64,000 bases of DNA from Ophelia neglecta. Taxonomy: Eukaryota. The first letter of the stretch is position 1. Every line of letters begins with the position of its first letter. The stretch is from contig OZ260666.1 of assembly GCA_965285935.1 (NCBI GenBank), positions 14,632,001 to 14,696,000 of the forward strand, written 5' to 3'. A model generated the notes under the pieces. That model was not told where the DNA came from and searched no databases. It was given only the letters and a program-made list of their open reading frames with translations. Shown here in pieces: positions 1 through 13,200 of the stretch. Made by a program: the position numbers and the translations under genes.

Positions 1-444
1 AAAGATTTGGTTGAGAAGGGCGCAGATGTCAATTTCCCAGGATGTAAAGGCAAACCGTCATTAAACTGCGCAGCCAAAAATGGTCATTTAGATGTAATAC
101 GGTATCTTTTAGATAAAGGTGGTAATATAAAGGAGGTAAATGAATTTGGTCAAACTCCACTGGGTTCTGCTGCAGAAAAAGGACAAATAGGAGCAATGCG
201 AGTTTTTCTTGATAAAGGCGCCGACCTAAATCATCCTGGAAGTTCTGGTCAACCCCCACTTCACTGCGCAGCAAAGAAAGGGAAGCTAGACGCTATACAT
301 CTGCTTTTGGACAAAGGCGCCGATGTGACCATTAAAAATAAATTGGGACTTACTTCAGTTGAAGTAGCTGCAAATGTAGGTCACTCAGAATGCGTTGAAT
401 GTGTCGTTGACAAAGGAAGTACTATTCCTCACGCTGCCAACTAG
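1..444 (+). pseudogene. 3' end of an ankyrin-repeat array, upstream copy of the second ankyrin array of gene C; 5' part lies outside the window
   Basis: 33-aa ANK repeats (KPSLNCAAKNGHLDVIRYLLDKGG, QPPLHCAAKKGKLDAIHLLLDKGAD). Nearly identical to 38391-38834. Coding status cannot be settled here, because the counterpart lies downstream of a stop and a frameshift. Confidence 0.7.
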
Positions 445-2850
445 TCCCGCGCCACTGCGGTACGTTGATGTGATTGTAAAACTGCACTTTGACAGCCCTT
501 TGTGGGAACTTTATCACCATACTCTTGTTGTGTATTGTGGCTTAACAGTAGAGTCAAGAGGAAAAGCGATACCTTTCAGCATTCAAACTGGCTTGGTTAT
601 GCACAGGTGTTGGTTATAAAAAAGTCTTCTATCGCATTTTTTGGGCATACCTTTTTATTACAGGATGTTAATGTCATTGTGTATCAGCAGTAGGATAAAA
701 CATTATCATAATTATGATAATTATATTATTATATGCAAGGCGTTGTTTGCACTAACCTCCTTTTGTGTTCTCTTTGTAGCAGGTGGATTAAAATATAAAA
801 AGCGTTAATTCTCCGAAAATTGAATTTGTAGCTATATTTCAAATACACATGCCAAAACCTAATATAGCCCATGTTTATGGACATTTGAAAAGGCGAGCCA
901 GTATTTGCTATGGCACCAAAAATTGTTTTTTGTTTAAAAGATACAGAAAAAATTGCGTTAACACACAACACCTTTGTGTGTGTAATCTTCGGATCTACAT
1001 CGATGTGACTAGGATATGAGCCATAATGCCATAATTATCTTACTGTAATGTGAAGAGAAAGAGCAATAAGAATAGGTTGTCGCTTCCAAACAGGATTGGT
1101 GTTATACAGCTCTACGTTATATACAATTTGTAGCTTTTTAATAATGGTACAACTTTTATGTTCGCGTGGTACCGGAATATTTTGGTATGATGAGGCGTTT
1201 TGTGTACTATATGATGTAAAGTGTTTAATAGTAGTCTATATTCTTTTGTCTTTGTATCACCTTCCGTCTGGTATGACGAGCGATGTTGCGTTTAAAATTT
1301 CTTACTTCGTAAGATGCGCTGGTGTCACAGGGTGATGTTGCTATGCAGTGTCACTGCCCTGTTAACACAACATTCAAACAGTTAACTTGCTATAACGGTT
1401 AGATTTTGTTGTTTGCTTGCTTATAAAAGGGGGATGGAAAGTTCCTGGTTTAATCTACATTATTTATTTGTTGTAGTTCCTTAACCTAGGGCTTTTGCAT
1501 TAGACTTCATATTGTGAGCATGAATATGTGTATATTGAGCCAATGTAACGTCATATGCCCGGTGTGTTATCCTATATGAAATAAACCATTTATTGCACTA
1601 CTATTTTAAGTATGGTATTTACTATTTTTAGAAGAAGAAAAATAAAACCAATGAATGATTATGTTTATAATTTTCGTCGTCTTTATGAACTGGGCATAAA
1701 ATTAATGCACTCATCCTAGCAAGGGATCACGTGATACAATATTAATCGCCACTAATTGTACTTTTATATAGTCGATATGCAATAATGTGGTGGTGTGATG
1801 TTTGTGGAGGGCAATTCCAATTCTTAGTCATAATCATACCAATTCAAGAGCATAGTTTCGGCGTGTCCAGGTTTTTCATAGTTACCGCAGGAGTAGCTTG
1901 TTATTTTGTGCATCTGACCTTGAAAAGATAGGTCTTGGTCAAATTTGACAACACGAAAAATTCCCTTAGAGAATTAGCTCTTTGAAATGTTAGAATTAAG
2001 TAATAGTCTTAATAAACGAGGCCTCTACACTCGGCGCTGTGTGCGCTGTATGCCTGCCCCTTGAGGAAAACAGGGAGCGGTGTGCGACCGAGGCCAGGGA
2101 TGGGTTTTGCTAAGGTTCTCCAGCAGCGCCGACAGCACAGTGCCGAATACAGGGACTAAAATAGACACAAGACAAGTTAAGGACGTGAAAGATCCTTATA
2201 CATTGAAGAGAAAATTGGTTTTAAATCCCAGTGACTATGCCAAAAATGTTAACTTATAAAGTGAACCAACTCCGTTTTTATTGTAAATGAACACGTGCAT
2301 CTGACATATATGATATTACATCAATATGAAACAGATGCGCAAGGCGCCAAGCCCTAGGATGAGCGGAATATTTCACTTAAATTACGCATTATTATGCAGA
2401 ATATATTTTTCCATTTATTAATTAGGATTCTAGTAAAAATCACTGAGAAAAAAATGTCTTTTCAATGGTGGGTTTTGTGATCGATCATAGTCCCTGTAGC
2501 TGTAGGACTATATTTAAACCTCATATATTGAACCCCCACACCCAAAAAAACATCTTTCATCTCAATTCGTGAATGGAAATTCCCTGGAACATTTCTGACT
2601 TTACGTTAGCTGTCTTTCGTGAATAAAAAAGACTGTTGACATTAAAGCCTACTTGGCAATTGCTCATTTGTTCAGAAGTCGACTATTGTGCATGGAACTC
2701 GTAAAAATGTGACAATGGGATAGAAGAAATTTGCTATTTAAGGGTTATAAAGTATCAACCTCACTGATTTCTAAATGAAAGTGCTACCGGTGTAATGCAT
2801 TCCACGAGTTGCCCAGGAATTCATTGATACTTCTATATTACAAGGTACAT

Positions 2851-2990
2851 GCGGAGTGGTTAGGGTGTCCGCCTTGCAAGTGGTAGATCGGTGTTCAAAT
2901 ATCGATTGCGTCAAACCCAAGACCTAAAAATAGGCATTTCTGGGGTATAACTAGGACTGATCTACTCTTGCTCATCGGTGACGGGAAGTC
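2851..2990 (+). mobile_element. Degenerate tRNA-derived SINE head (copy at ~42201-42340)
   Basis: A-box-like GCGGAGTGGTTAG and B-box-like GTTCAAATATC, followed by GTCAAACCCAAGACCTAAAAATAGG, which resembles the conserved central domains of invertebrate SINEs. No complete cloverleaf. Confidence 0.55.
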
Positions 2991-4400
2991 AAACGTTACT
3001 CTGTCACTGGACGCTTTCCATTTAGTGCCGCACTCCCTAGTTTTGCAGAGATGACTGTTTAGATATTTGAACACCGGCCTATGGTTTTCTCTTACTTTAA
3101 TCACTTTTGTACATTTAATAGCGCTAAAATGATCTCAATCCCGGCGACACCAGAGCGCCCGCCACCCCACAGCGGACCCCCAAACTTGCCTACACCATTT
3201 ACAAAGGAACTTTATTAAGACGCTTCTAGAACCAAATTGACTGATACCTTGCGTCGTACATACTTAAAGATCAAAGAAGCAAAGTCTACGAGACTTGTAA
3301 TTATTGTTGTATTCTTAAACTCAACATTGTAGTACAGGTAGGTACACGACAATTGCAAGGAGTAAACAATCGTGGTTCAAATATACCGAAGATGAATGCA
3401 GTACACGTAAGTATATATAGGTACACATACACGTAGATAAATCGTAGTCTAAAGCTACACAGTGTAGGAGCAGATTTACAGTGTACAGCTGTGTAATCAT
3501 TCATAGTTAGCCAATGCATATTGAGCAATTACGCAGCAATAACACAATCACGTGACTGAAAATTACCCGTTCGGTTATTGCCAGTACACTGTATGCTTCC
3601 ATACTGTGACCTAGTAGGCCCACAAAGCTTTGTAGTAGGCCCACAACGATGTTCCCCGGGGCAACGTTGTGCCCCGGTGCACAAAGTCGCCACAGGCAAC
3701 GTGGTGGCGTACTATGTCTATTCACCGATTTATTTGGCATCTCTAAACATTAATAAATCATAAGATTACATTTACAGCTTAAGCGTGATTATGTGTTCTA
3801 TTCTACCAACTGTTTTCTGACATGAAATTTATTCTTCTTCACCATGGTGATTATCGCTCACAGCAGACCTCAGATCAAATACCGTTGACATTTTAATGCT
3901 TATATATTTGGAGCTACGGCGACCAATAACATTGTATTATTCAATATTCATGGAATTAAAATGCTCTGAACTTTTAAATTGGTACACTTTTGCAGCCTTC
4001 TCAATTTCAATTTCTATGTGTGCCTACTTGCTTTTTGTACTACATGTGAATCCAGGGGAATAAAGTAGCTGAGGAAAGGTCTTGTTGCTTGTCATATTGC
4101 CAAAAGCTTCATACTTAAAAAAAACCTCAATTGACAATTCTTAAATGTTATTTTTTCAGTCATAGAACATGATGATGGGTTATATTAAGGTACGATACAA
4201 ACTTATAATTATCTTCAATTTAAATTATCGCCCTTCAAAGGAAAAGATAATGAAATTCATTACATACGACGCCTAAACACATACTTAGTATATACTAAAA
4301 TAAAATGGGTGCATGATCTTGCCCTCACTACTTGAAATAAATTGTTTATGGCAATATAAGGGGTATAAAAAAACATCTGAAGCGATAATGGCCTAATAAT

Positions 4401-7400
4401 CTAATCGCCGTTTTCGTACCATTTATAGGTCATTCGAGGTCGGTCGTGTTTCGGCTGGGAAGTGGATGTGACCATACATCTCATCTTGAAACCTTCCTGC
4501 TCGATTCGTGCTTGAACTGGTTCTCCTGTACAATCCAAAATATTCTAATTGTGTACAATGTTTTCAAAATCAGTTAATAGACTTACAATTGTATAGATAT
4601 AGTGATGAACACTACAAGGTTTCTCAGTTGTCTAAATGCTATGTATAGACGACACTAAGGTATCGATCGCCAAATTATGTTCTAATGCTTAACGAATGAA
4701 AACATCATTGCATGACAATGTCTGCTAAAAAGTAAGACTACCTACCCCATACAGAAACAGTACCGTTTGTTACCACTTGTTCCGACTGTTTACATGTGTA
4801 CACTCCTGCGTCCTGTAAGGTGACGTTTATCAAAGTAAAACCAAATAGGTCAGCACTGCGTTCAACGAACCCCTCAAAGACTTTCTGTGTAACATTGACT
4901 GAATGTTGATAAGCCGTTTTATGTATTTTATATTTGGACAAGTGGAACATTTTCAAATTAAAATTGTCTTCGCATTTCAAAGGCCGAGCAGTGTCTATAT
5001 CTAGAAAGCTCCAGCGAAGCGTGGCGTTTCCTGTTGTATAACTGCAGTTTAAGCGTCCGTCTGAAAGCGGTGGTAATAATGAGACTACATACATTTGCGA
5101 CTATGTGTTTTTTTTCTGGAAGTGAGCGTAATATATATAATAAATTTATAATTATTTAGAAACAATTGTACCCACAAGTTGGCACCGGTTATGATATACA
5201 CAAAGGCGTTTAATAGTTAACATTGCTTTTTTTGTTCAAATGTATATTTATATACCTCCAGATTGGGTGGTCCCAGCCAAATCCGGTGGGCCCTGCGTGA
5301 AATGTTCAGCCGACAAAGTCGTTTCCATTGCTTGACCTACAAAATTTTATAAGCTATACTGATACATTGCACTCGTGCTTTTCAAAATGACGTCACCTGT
5401 AGCAAAACTTTATTTTGCGACTTAGATCGGCTGTGTAAATTTGAGCGACTAGTTGATGGTTGTCGCATTGACTAGCTCGTTTTAAATGTTAATATTACAA
5501 AGCTCTAAGTTTTTTTCGCGACATGGTGCCACTATGAAAAAAAAACTCGATGGCTCAATCTTGGTGCCTATATACTAACAGAGTGGATACCTGGAATATA
5601 AACAATTTTTAGTTAGCAAGGCTAATCTTTATGTCGCTCCGACTATAACGAGCTTTACTGAGGCACTGGTCGTAGTACAAAATGGTGAATTTGTCCACCT
5701 ATGTATGTAATGATTACAGATGAATCTATTCCCAATTCACTAATGAAAAAATGGCTTTTACTTGGCTTACTCTCTGTAACGGAGCCCGTTTCAGTGAATT
5801 TTTAACTTAAAGATTGTGAGTGGATACCCGACAGACACAGCTAAACATTAAACAATTCTAGTCCATTAAATTGACCACAAATCACCAGATACCTACAGCA
5901 TCAGGCAACAAACATAAGAATAATAATTTAAGATTGATATAACATGTGATGAGTAGTATTCAAACCATTTTCCATGACGCGAGCTATAACACTAAACAGT
6001 GGGTCAGTAGTAAAGTAGAGCAGCGATAAAATATGATCAAGGGGATCCTAAGATGAACAAAGCCGTTTCATTGTGGTGAGATTATGGATAAATCTTTTAT
6101 CTCTAAAACACATGACCAGAGCAGAAGGAAGTCCCGACATACTAAATTGTGAGTGGGTTTCATATCTCGTTAATATTGTAACCGAACATTATCAGTATGA
6201 ATCAGGTTCTCATGGCGCCATGTCATATGATGAGAGTAGGTTGCCTAAAGACACTGGCTTCTTTTGCTGTCTGGTTGCTGAAATAATGGCAATAAGACCG
6301 TACTACACCAGTCTGAAAGACAGTCATCGATTGTACGTTGACTAATCCATTGAGTTTTCAAATCTTAAGAAATGGTCCACGATCTGCAATTAACTCTGTT
6401 ATTTACCATATTTTTTGAACTTTTTCTGATGATTTCACTGTGATAGCTTCGGAAAAAGGATGATATATGGGCAAAATTTGCATTAGGATCAGTGGTTTTG
6501 ATGCAAAATGGGACAATCGTTATGCATACAGTTGTCAGAATAAGAAAATATATGACACAGTATAGAGCAATACAAAGTAAACATGGTGGATTATATGAAC
6601 ACGGATGGTATGAATACTAAACCAGGTTAACGAGAGATATGGCCCCGTACAGCATTAGAAATTGCAACACTAAATGTACGCTATCTCCTTCTATTTACAC
6701 GACCTAAATACGACAGGCCTGTCGGTTGACACGTGTTATTAAGCAGGATATACAACAACAGTGTATTTATTAAGTGGATTACCAGCTGTTCATGCTGGTG
6801 AGTGGGAGATTAGAGATACTTCAATATACTCCGCGCTTCATAGTTTATATTGGGATCAAATTAAGCGGACAAATCTAGGGCAATATATTTACTTTAAAAG
6901 AATTTCAGCACATATATTATGCACACGACAATTGCATATTTTGGACTTGACATAAATGGCAAAATGTGCCGCAAAACACCTAAACTGATAAAGAGATGGC
7001 ATTGGCAAGACGCACAATGATAATGTGCCTAGTGTACTTACTTTTCGAAAGAACATTTTCACGCAGCGTAAAGAGTATCACTCCGATGAATACCAGTCCA
7101 GCAAGCGTTGACGTGATGATGAACCCAAAGGTTTTCCCCCTTATCTGACATCCTGGCCATCTTCGCATTCTGTACTCTTCCGATTCTCTTGATGGCTCGC
7201 CTGCCTCATAATCTGTACAAGGTTGGGTAGCAATCTCCAAAATGTTCAGGGGTATGGTCTCCGTGCTCATATCCTTACCCTCGATTGTGGGCAAATTGTG
7301 TTCATCACGCGATGTCCTGGACTCTTTGATCACTGTCGCTGAGCGATCAGAGTTTGGTTTAGACCGTGTTAAATGCGGATGTTCCTGCTCTTCTGAATGA

Positions 7401-8293
7401 ATATACGTAGTCCCTTTGTTCGAACAGTCAGAGGAGTCGGCAAATCTTGGCATTCTGTTTCCTGGGTCTTGGTCCAGTTTTTTTGGTGTTAGTACTGAAA
7501 AATGTACCATAGGGGAACTTTCCAATGTATGTTTACATTGTGTCTGATATTTGGATCCTTCATCAGTAGTATTAGGACAAGTGGTCTTTGCCGCTACCGA
7601 TTTTACCGCTGTGCTTTGCTGCCCATTGGTGTCCATGGAACCATCTTCAGGACCCAAGGAGCCCTTATCTTGGTCCACACCCCTCAATGCCTCCTTTGAA
7701 TACTCTCGCCTTTCCGATGAATTGATGACAAGAGTATTAGAAACCAGTCCGTCATACCTTCCTATCAATCCACTCTTTTCGTTTGACGGGTTTTCTTTGG
7801 ATCGAAGGTAGTTCTTCGGATCGTCCGATGATATAAGCCCAAGTTCCGAGATGTCAGTGTTTTCTACTTCAGCGTCCTTTCGCCCTTTGCAAGGGTCATT
7901 GGTGGTTTTCACATAAGTTTGTTCTTGGCGATCAGTGTACGCTTCATGACTACTATGTACTACGGGTCTTGGGTTGCTTACTTTGCAGAGGAGAGCAGAT
8001 GATTCCTCTTCATTTGTACAATCCTCAGGCCAACTGTTTTCTACGGGAATTTTGTTGCCCACTGTTTGTAGAGTAGGCGTAATGTTTGTTTGAGGGAATG
8101 GACCATATACAACAGTAGGTCTTTCAGCGAATACATCATACTCCTGCTCGTTTAAGATGGTCGGTGACAGTTTATCTTCAACTCTGCCTTTCTTAATGCT
8201 CATGGGTACCACTTGGTCTTCTAAAGGTGTTGGGGTTCCCGGTCGTATGCGACCTACAAGGTCTGGCAAGGAAAAACGATTCACTTTATCCAT
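4401..8293 (-). CDS. Gene B1: putative type II TM Ig-superfamily protein, ~590 aa (cytoplasmic tail, TM, stalk, 1 Ig plus half Ig, stop)
   Basis: Exons complement(8293..7042, 5336..5256, 5060..4746, 4525..4401), all GT-AG phase 1, 1773 nt in total. Start MDKVNRF is inferred. Single TM FGFIITSTLAGLVFIGVILFTL is preceded by basic residues. Ig motif FTLINVTLQDAGVYTC. The last exon stops at WYENGD*. Confidence 0.75.
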
Positions 8294-9280
8294 TTTATCG
8301 AGGGATATTTTTCTGCATAAACTAAGAAGACGTTTTCTATCTGCATTAGCAGCACAACAATAACCCGTCTGACTCACCTACTGCTCATATCGAGATATAC
8401 AATGTCAAATAAGTATGATATCCTTAACCATTTTGGTAGCATTTATTGTGTCATTTTGGTAACTGATGTAAATATATTAATTCTTGGGTTTCTCCAAAGC
8501 GTCGGCGCAACTTTTGCGATAAGCCGACACATTTGGATATAAATTATATATTTTCACCAGGCCATCATACCAAGGTTGACTCAATCCCCCGCCATTCTAG
8601 AAGAGATAACAGAATGCGTAATTATTGATAATAATTGAGCAAAATATGTGTCAACATAATAGCTAATGGGCCACACAGAAACTAATGGCCAGGTCACTGC
8701 GAACGTATGGGGTCCGACATTTTTTCGAATAACATTCTGTTTAAGTTCTAGTCGGAGTCTAGCATAGTTAGTGTTGACCTATAAATGTTCTCGTAATCTC
8801 GCAATTAGGGAGGATAGTCAAGGATGTCGGAAAAGATAGTTGGGCATGTTCAAAGAAATGTTTACTGGAGCTCCCGAATGTGACTACTGGTCCCTTCTGG
8901 AAGCTTTGGAGTTGTATTCCAGGAAAAAGCGGTTTGTAGGGAAAGGCTTATGAATCATAATGAACATATTCACTTTTAGCCAAAGTCACTGTACGTCGAA
9001 CAGAGTAATTATCTTAGAACATAGTAATTATCTCTATCGCATTATGTAGCTATGTTAAGATTAATGGACGTTTGTAGGTAAGATCTGTCAGTATTATACC
9101 CCCTTAGTATTACGATAGTAAAGCTATATGAGATAATATCTATTCGTATGGTGAATAAATTGCAATAATAAGGAGCATCCAGGCACGCGTGGCGATGTCA
9201 TGTCGTTTGTAGCACAACACGCTCTTCTAGCACTTAAAAGTTCAGATAGTGTCAAAGTACACATGTGTCGCCTACTCAGT

Positions 9281-9336
9281 GGAGCTTTCCATGTTTTCGT
9301 CATATGATAAACAAGCTTACCCGTGGAAAATTTTCC
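9281..9336. promoter_or_regulatory. NF-kB/Rel-like sites in the B/A divergent spacer
   Basis: GGAGCTTTCC (9281-9290) and the perfect palindrome GGAAAATTTTCC (9325-9336); the palindrome is retained at 48930-48941. Motif match only. Confidence 0.35.
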
Positions 9337-10280
9337 ATGATTTTAAGCTCGTTTATTATATGACCGTTCCTTGGTTACAGTAATAACCGTTGGGGAACGA
9401 AACACATGTGGACTGCGGAGAGACACCAGTAAGAAAATATTCAGTTTTTATTGATATGCATTGAAACTAAATACGCTTTATCACCTCCATATAAGCTATG
9501 AAGATAAGTCCACTTTATTTGCAGGGGGGGGGGGGGGGTGGACGAGAAATGTAATTAAAACACACATAAAACTAGCAAAGGTCTTCTTACGTTAAGCTTG
9601 ACCCAGACTAACAGGATTTTGCACGGCCAGTTGTTAGGGTTTATAAATATATATATGTCATGCTTATATTACGATAAGGAACGGTCTTATGGAAAAAGCC
9701 AGTCGATAAAACGTGACAATCACTAATTTGTACGAATGAAATATTGATGTTTATTTTTTTTCGTGAGATATAACTATCACGAAAGATAGTGTTAGTGTCC
9801 TGATTAGAAATGATTGATTTGGTAAATGTTCCAAAGGTTTATATATTGTGTACTTAGATAGGTCTAGGTACTACCATGTGGCAATTTTTGTGTGATATTA
9901 TTGTGTGTCCTTGATACTATAAACTACCATGTTTATTACCATGACTTTGCAATGTAATCAGTTTGTGGTCTGTATGTAAACTATATACCTCATTTGTGAA
10001 TACAAGCAGTTGAACCGAGCGCACTTTAATATTGACAATTAGTTCAATGACACTTATTTCACCCAGTCGGGTACCCTTATTTGATAAGCCTACTATTAAC
10101 ACAGTTTTGGTAATTCGAGGGCAATAACGATCTTCACATGACGTTGATTGTTGCTTTATCAGTCCTTATCAATGTATGGTATTTGAGTTAGCAATTTAAT
10201 GTTAGCTTACACTGTTTAATTGTACACTTCAGATACCATCTCTGTTGACTTCTGCGGATTATGTATTTAAAACTACGGTT

Positions 10281-13200
10281 ATGATGGCTCGCATGCATTT
10301 AACCTATGCGTTGGTGCACTTGCACCTGCTTGTTACATTGATCAAAGGTTAGTTAATTTCCATAGTTTCGACTTAGTTACCACATATGTCCTGCACCTCA
10401 GCTTGTTGAGCTTCTTTTCTTCCTCGTCGCTTAACATTGATCAAAGGTTAGTTAATTTCCATAGTTTCGACTTAGTTACCAAATATGTCCTGCACCTCAG
10501 CTTGTTGAGCTTCTTTTCTTCCTCGTCGAAAACAATTTTTTCTGCAGCTAAGTAGTAAAGGATTAGGTAAATTATTAGGATTCAAAAGACCAACTGCGCT
10601 CCTTTCGTTGCAGATATGTTCACTTATGAATGTTCATTGTATGACTCATTTTTGTCGATTGGTGTAGCACAACTTGAAGATGGGCTTCCTATGATATATG
10701 TTTGTGACCTATTTTGTGGGTGTAATCCCCGAGGTACTAATAAAAGAAATGTACGCCTTCCCATCTCGAAATATTGACACAAGGGTTCCGCCTGGCCTTC
10801 TCTTTCGCGGCCATAATATATTTTTGACGAAAATCGATATTCTGCATAACCCTTTGATTCTTCATGCCAATATAAAAAAATAGGGTCATTTTATGTCTCT
10901 GTATAAGGTCTAGTTCAAAAGTTATGTGTTTAACTGATATCGCTATGTCTGCGGAGTGTCCACTCCCTTTGTTTCAAACAACTTTTGTACCTAATAATAC
11001 TTCACCTGTGGACTTATACTCAATTCTAAGTTTAGGTTTTAATGAATTTGTATTATATTGAAGCCGGGACACAAATCTCACGCACCATCCATGTTTGCGA
11101 AGGCGACACAATGAAGGTCAGCTTTGATTACCCGCATGGAAGGATGGGGGAAGCTACCTCGGTGCATGTAGAGCAGATAAAACCTATAAGCAGATACATT
11201 ATATATCAAGATTGGAATGAAAAGCCAACACCTGATGATGAGAGGGCGTGGATAGTTTGGAGAAAGACAAGCACTGGTGAACAAATCGAGGTAGGAATAA
11301 ACCACATAACTCTGTCTGATGAGGGGAGTTACGTTATTGATGTTTACTCGGATGGCTATGTGGAAACATATATTTTCTCAGTAAAGGTTTTGAACAACTC
11401 TGGTGAGTAGTTTTTTAATCTAGTTTCTGCTTTTATCTAGAATAAAATATAATAATTAATAACATCTCTCCCCACTTTCCCATATTTATATACATATATA
11501 AATACCATTCTACATCCATTTGGATGAATATTTTAATAAATATTTTTTCAATATTATTTTGTCAGTTAAATCAAATTCCAATTTTGTTGCACACTTTATC
11601 ACACTCAGTCTGCCCTGACCCTAAGAACTTGAGGCATCCGACAATCTCCTACAGACAGAAACCATCCTCTATAATACGTTTATACAACAAAACGTTGGAG
11701 CTCCGTGAACCAAGCAATGTTACACTGTTAGTGGACATACCTGCAGGGCATCCTCCTGTAATATGTACAATAGCCACAGATAAGTCTCAACATACTTGCA
11801 ATGGAAAGGTCAACATGACTTTCCTGTGTGAGGCTGAGCTCTTCTTGATATCGTCGGAACAGGAAATAAGAATAACCTTACATTTTATTGCTTACCGACC
11901 AATGACTACTAAGTTAGTTGCATTCGTCCTGGGTAAGGTTAATATTTGCATTAATAAATTTCTATATAAGATTATAAGGATTGATGGTACATTTTTACAT
12001 AGATAACGTGATAGACAAACGTGCCGCTTTAAACGACAAAGACTGGGGTGGAACTAATAACATAACACCATTGAAGATGCTACATGAAATCATATATTGT
12101 AATTAACAGAACATGATCTTCTGGAAGGCACGGAAATCAGCAAAATAAAAAATGAACATGATAAACCATCACCAGCAGTATATACTGCACGGGAGACCAA
12201 GGCAGCTCAAATGACCATTGATAGCGTTCTTGTGCTTGGGGGTTTTGTTTGCTTGTTCCTTGTCATCGCCCTTACGGCAGGAGCTCTGGTGGCACACCAT
12301 AGATGGAGAAAAGAGAGAGAACAAACCAGTGTGGATCGATTCGAACCTCCACGTACCGCGGCACAGGAAGAGGTACACCCCTGTCTCACCTTTCATACGA
12401 CATTCAAATGATACTTCTACTGTTCTTAGGAACATTGTAGTATTAATTCAACACCTTAGTATTAGTTGATAAATCATTTGCAATTCACTTCCACGATTGA
12501 ATTCATCGCCAAAAAAGCATCCTATGAACTATTTGATAGTGTTGTCCAAATAGTTTTTTTATTAAGGTTTAGTTTAGTAATGAATCATCAAAATCCATAT
12601 TTCTGTGTTGAAACATGCATAAGCATACATTCAATTCAGCCTGTCGTATCTCAGACAACGTTTTACCTTGTTTTCTTTTCACCACATGTTTACCTTCTGT
12701 ATTTGGTTAGATCGAAGAACGCCAGAATCTAGTCACTAATGACATGGACAAGCCAATCGCCTCAGCAGGTGATTGTTCCGTTTCTCAAATCATGGGTTCT
12801 GTAGACTTTAATACGGTACGAATCAGACTCCACAAGTTTCTGTTTATTCATTCTTCTACCATTAAAATAGTCTTCACGCCTGCTTTTATCATGAAATCTT
12901 AAAACTTGGTAATTATAATTTGTTCTCCTATTTCCGTCTTCTTCATGTCATAGATCTTGCCAAATGAAGGATTTTCTCCTCTACACATCGCAGCTATGGC
13001 CGGAACTGTTGATGAAGTAAAGCGCCACTGTAGGGATGGTGCTGACCTAAGTGAGCTTGACCCAATGAGTCGGACTGCACTGGCTGCAGCTGCTCGCAAT
13101 GGACATATATCTATTGTGCAATTTCTCATTGAGAAAGGCGCTGATGTCAATCACCCGGGCCCAGATGGTTTTCCCCCGGTAGCCAGCGCGGCAATTAAAG

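Noticed and set aside
2851-2930. tRNA gene
   Set aside because: A and B boxes are present but there is no convincing acceptor stem, and it continues into a SINE-like body.
6073-6345. 90-aa ORF open in both copies (also 20984-21337)
   Set aside because: Intronic and antisense to the host gene, with no recognisable domain. Copy similarity is too high for persistence to be informative.
7502-8363. Antisense ORFs over B, D and ANK exons (also 13664-13882, 23213-24264, 37563-37898)
   Set aside because: Shadows of the real coding strand. Their recurrence in both copies only reflects the duplication.
8294-8388. GTG-started N-terminal extension of ORF 6980..8377, or an ATG at 8388 with a 37-nt intron
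   Set aside because: The extension is frameshifted in copy 2, and splicing from that ATG gives an immediate stop. It is more likely 5'UTR.
12711-12768. Shorter exon 5 ending at CAG/GTGATT
   Set aside because: It would be phase 1 and incompatible with the phase-0 ANK exon; the donor after 12815 keeps the frame.
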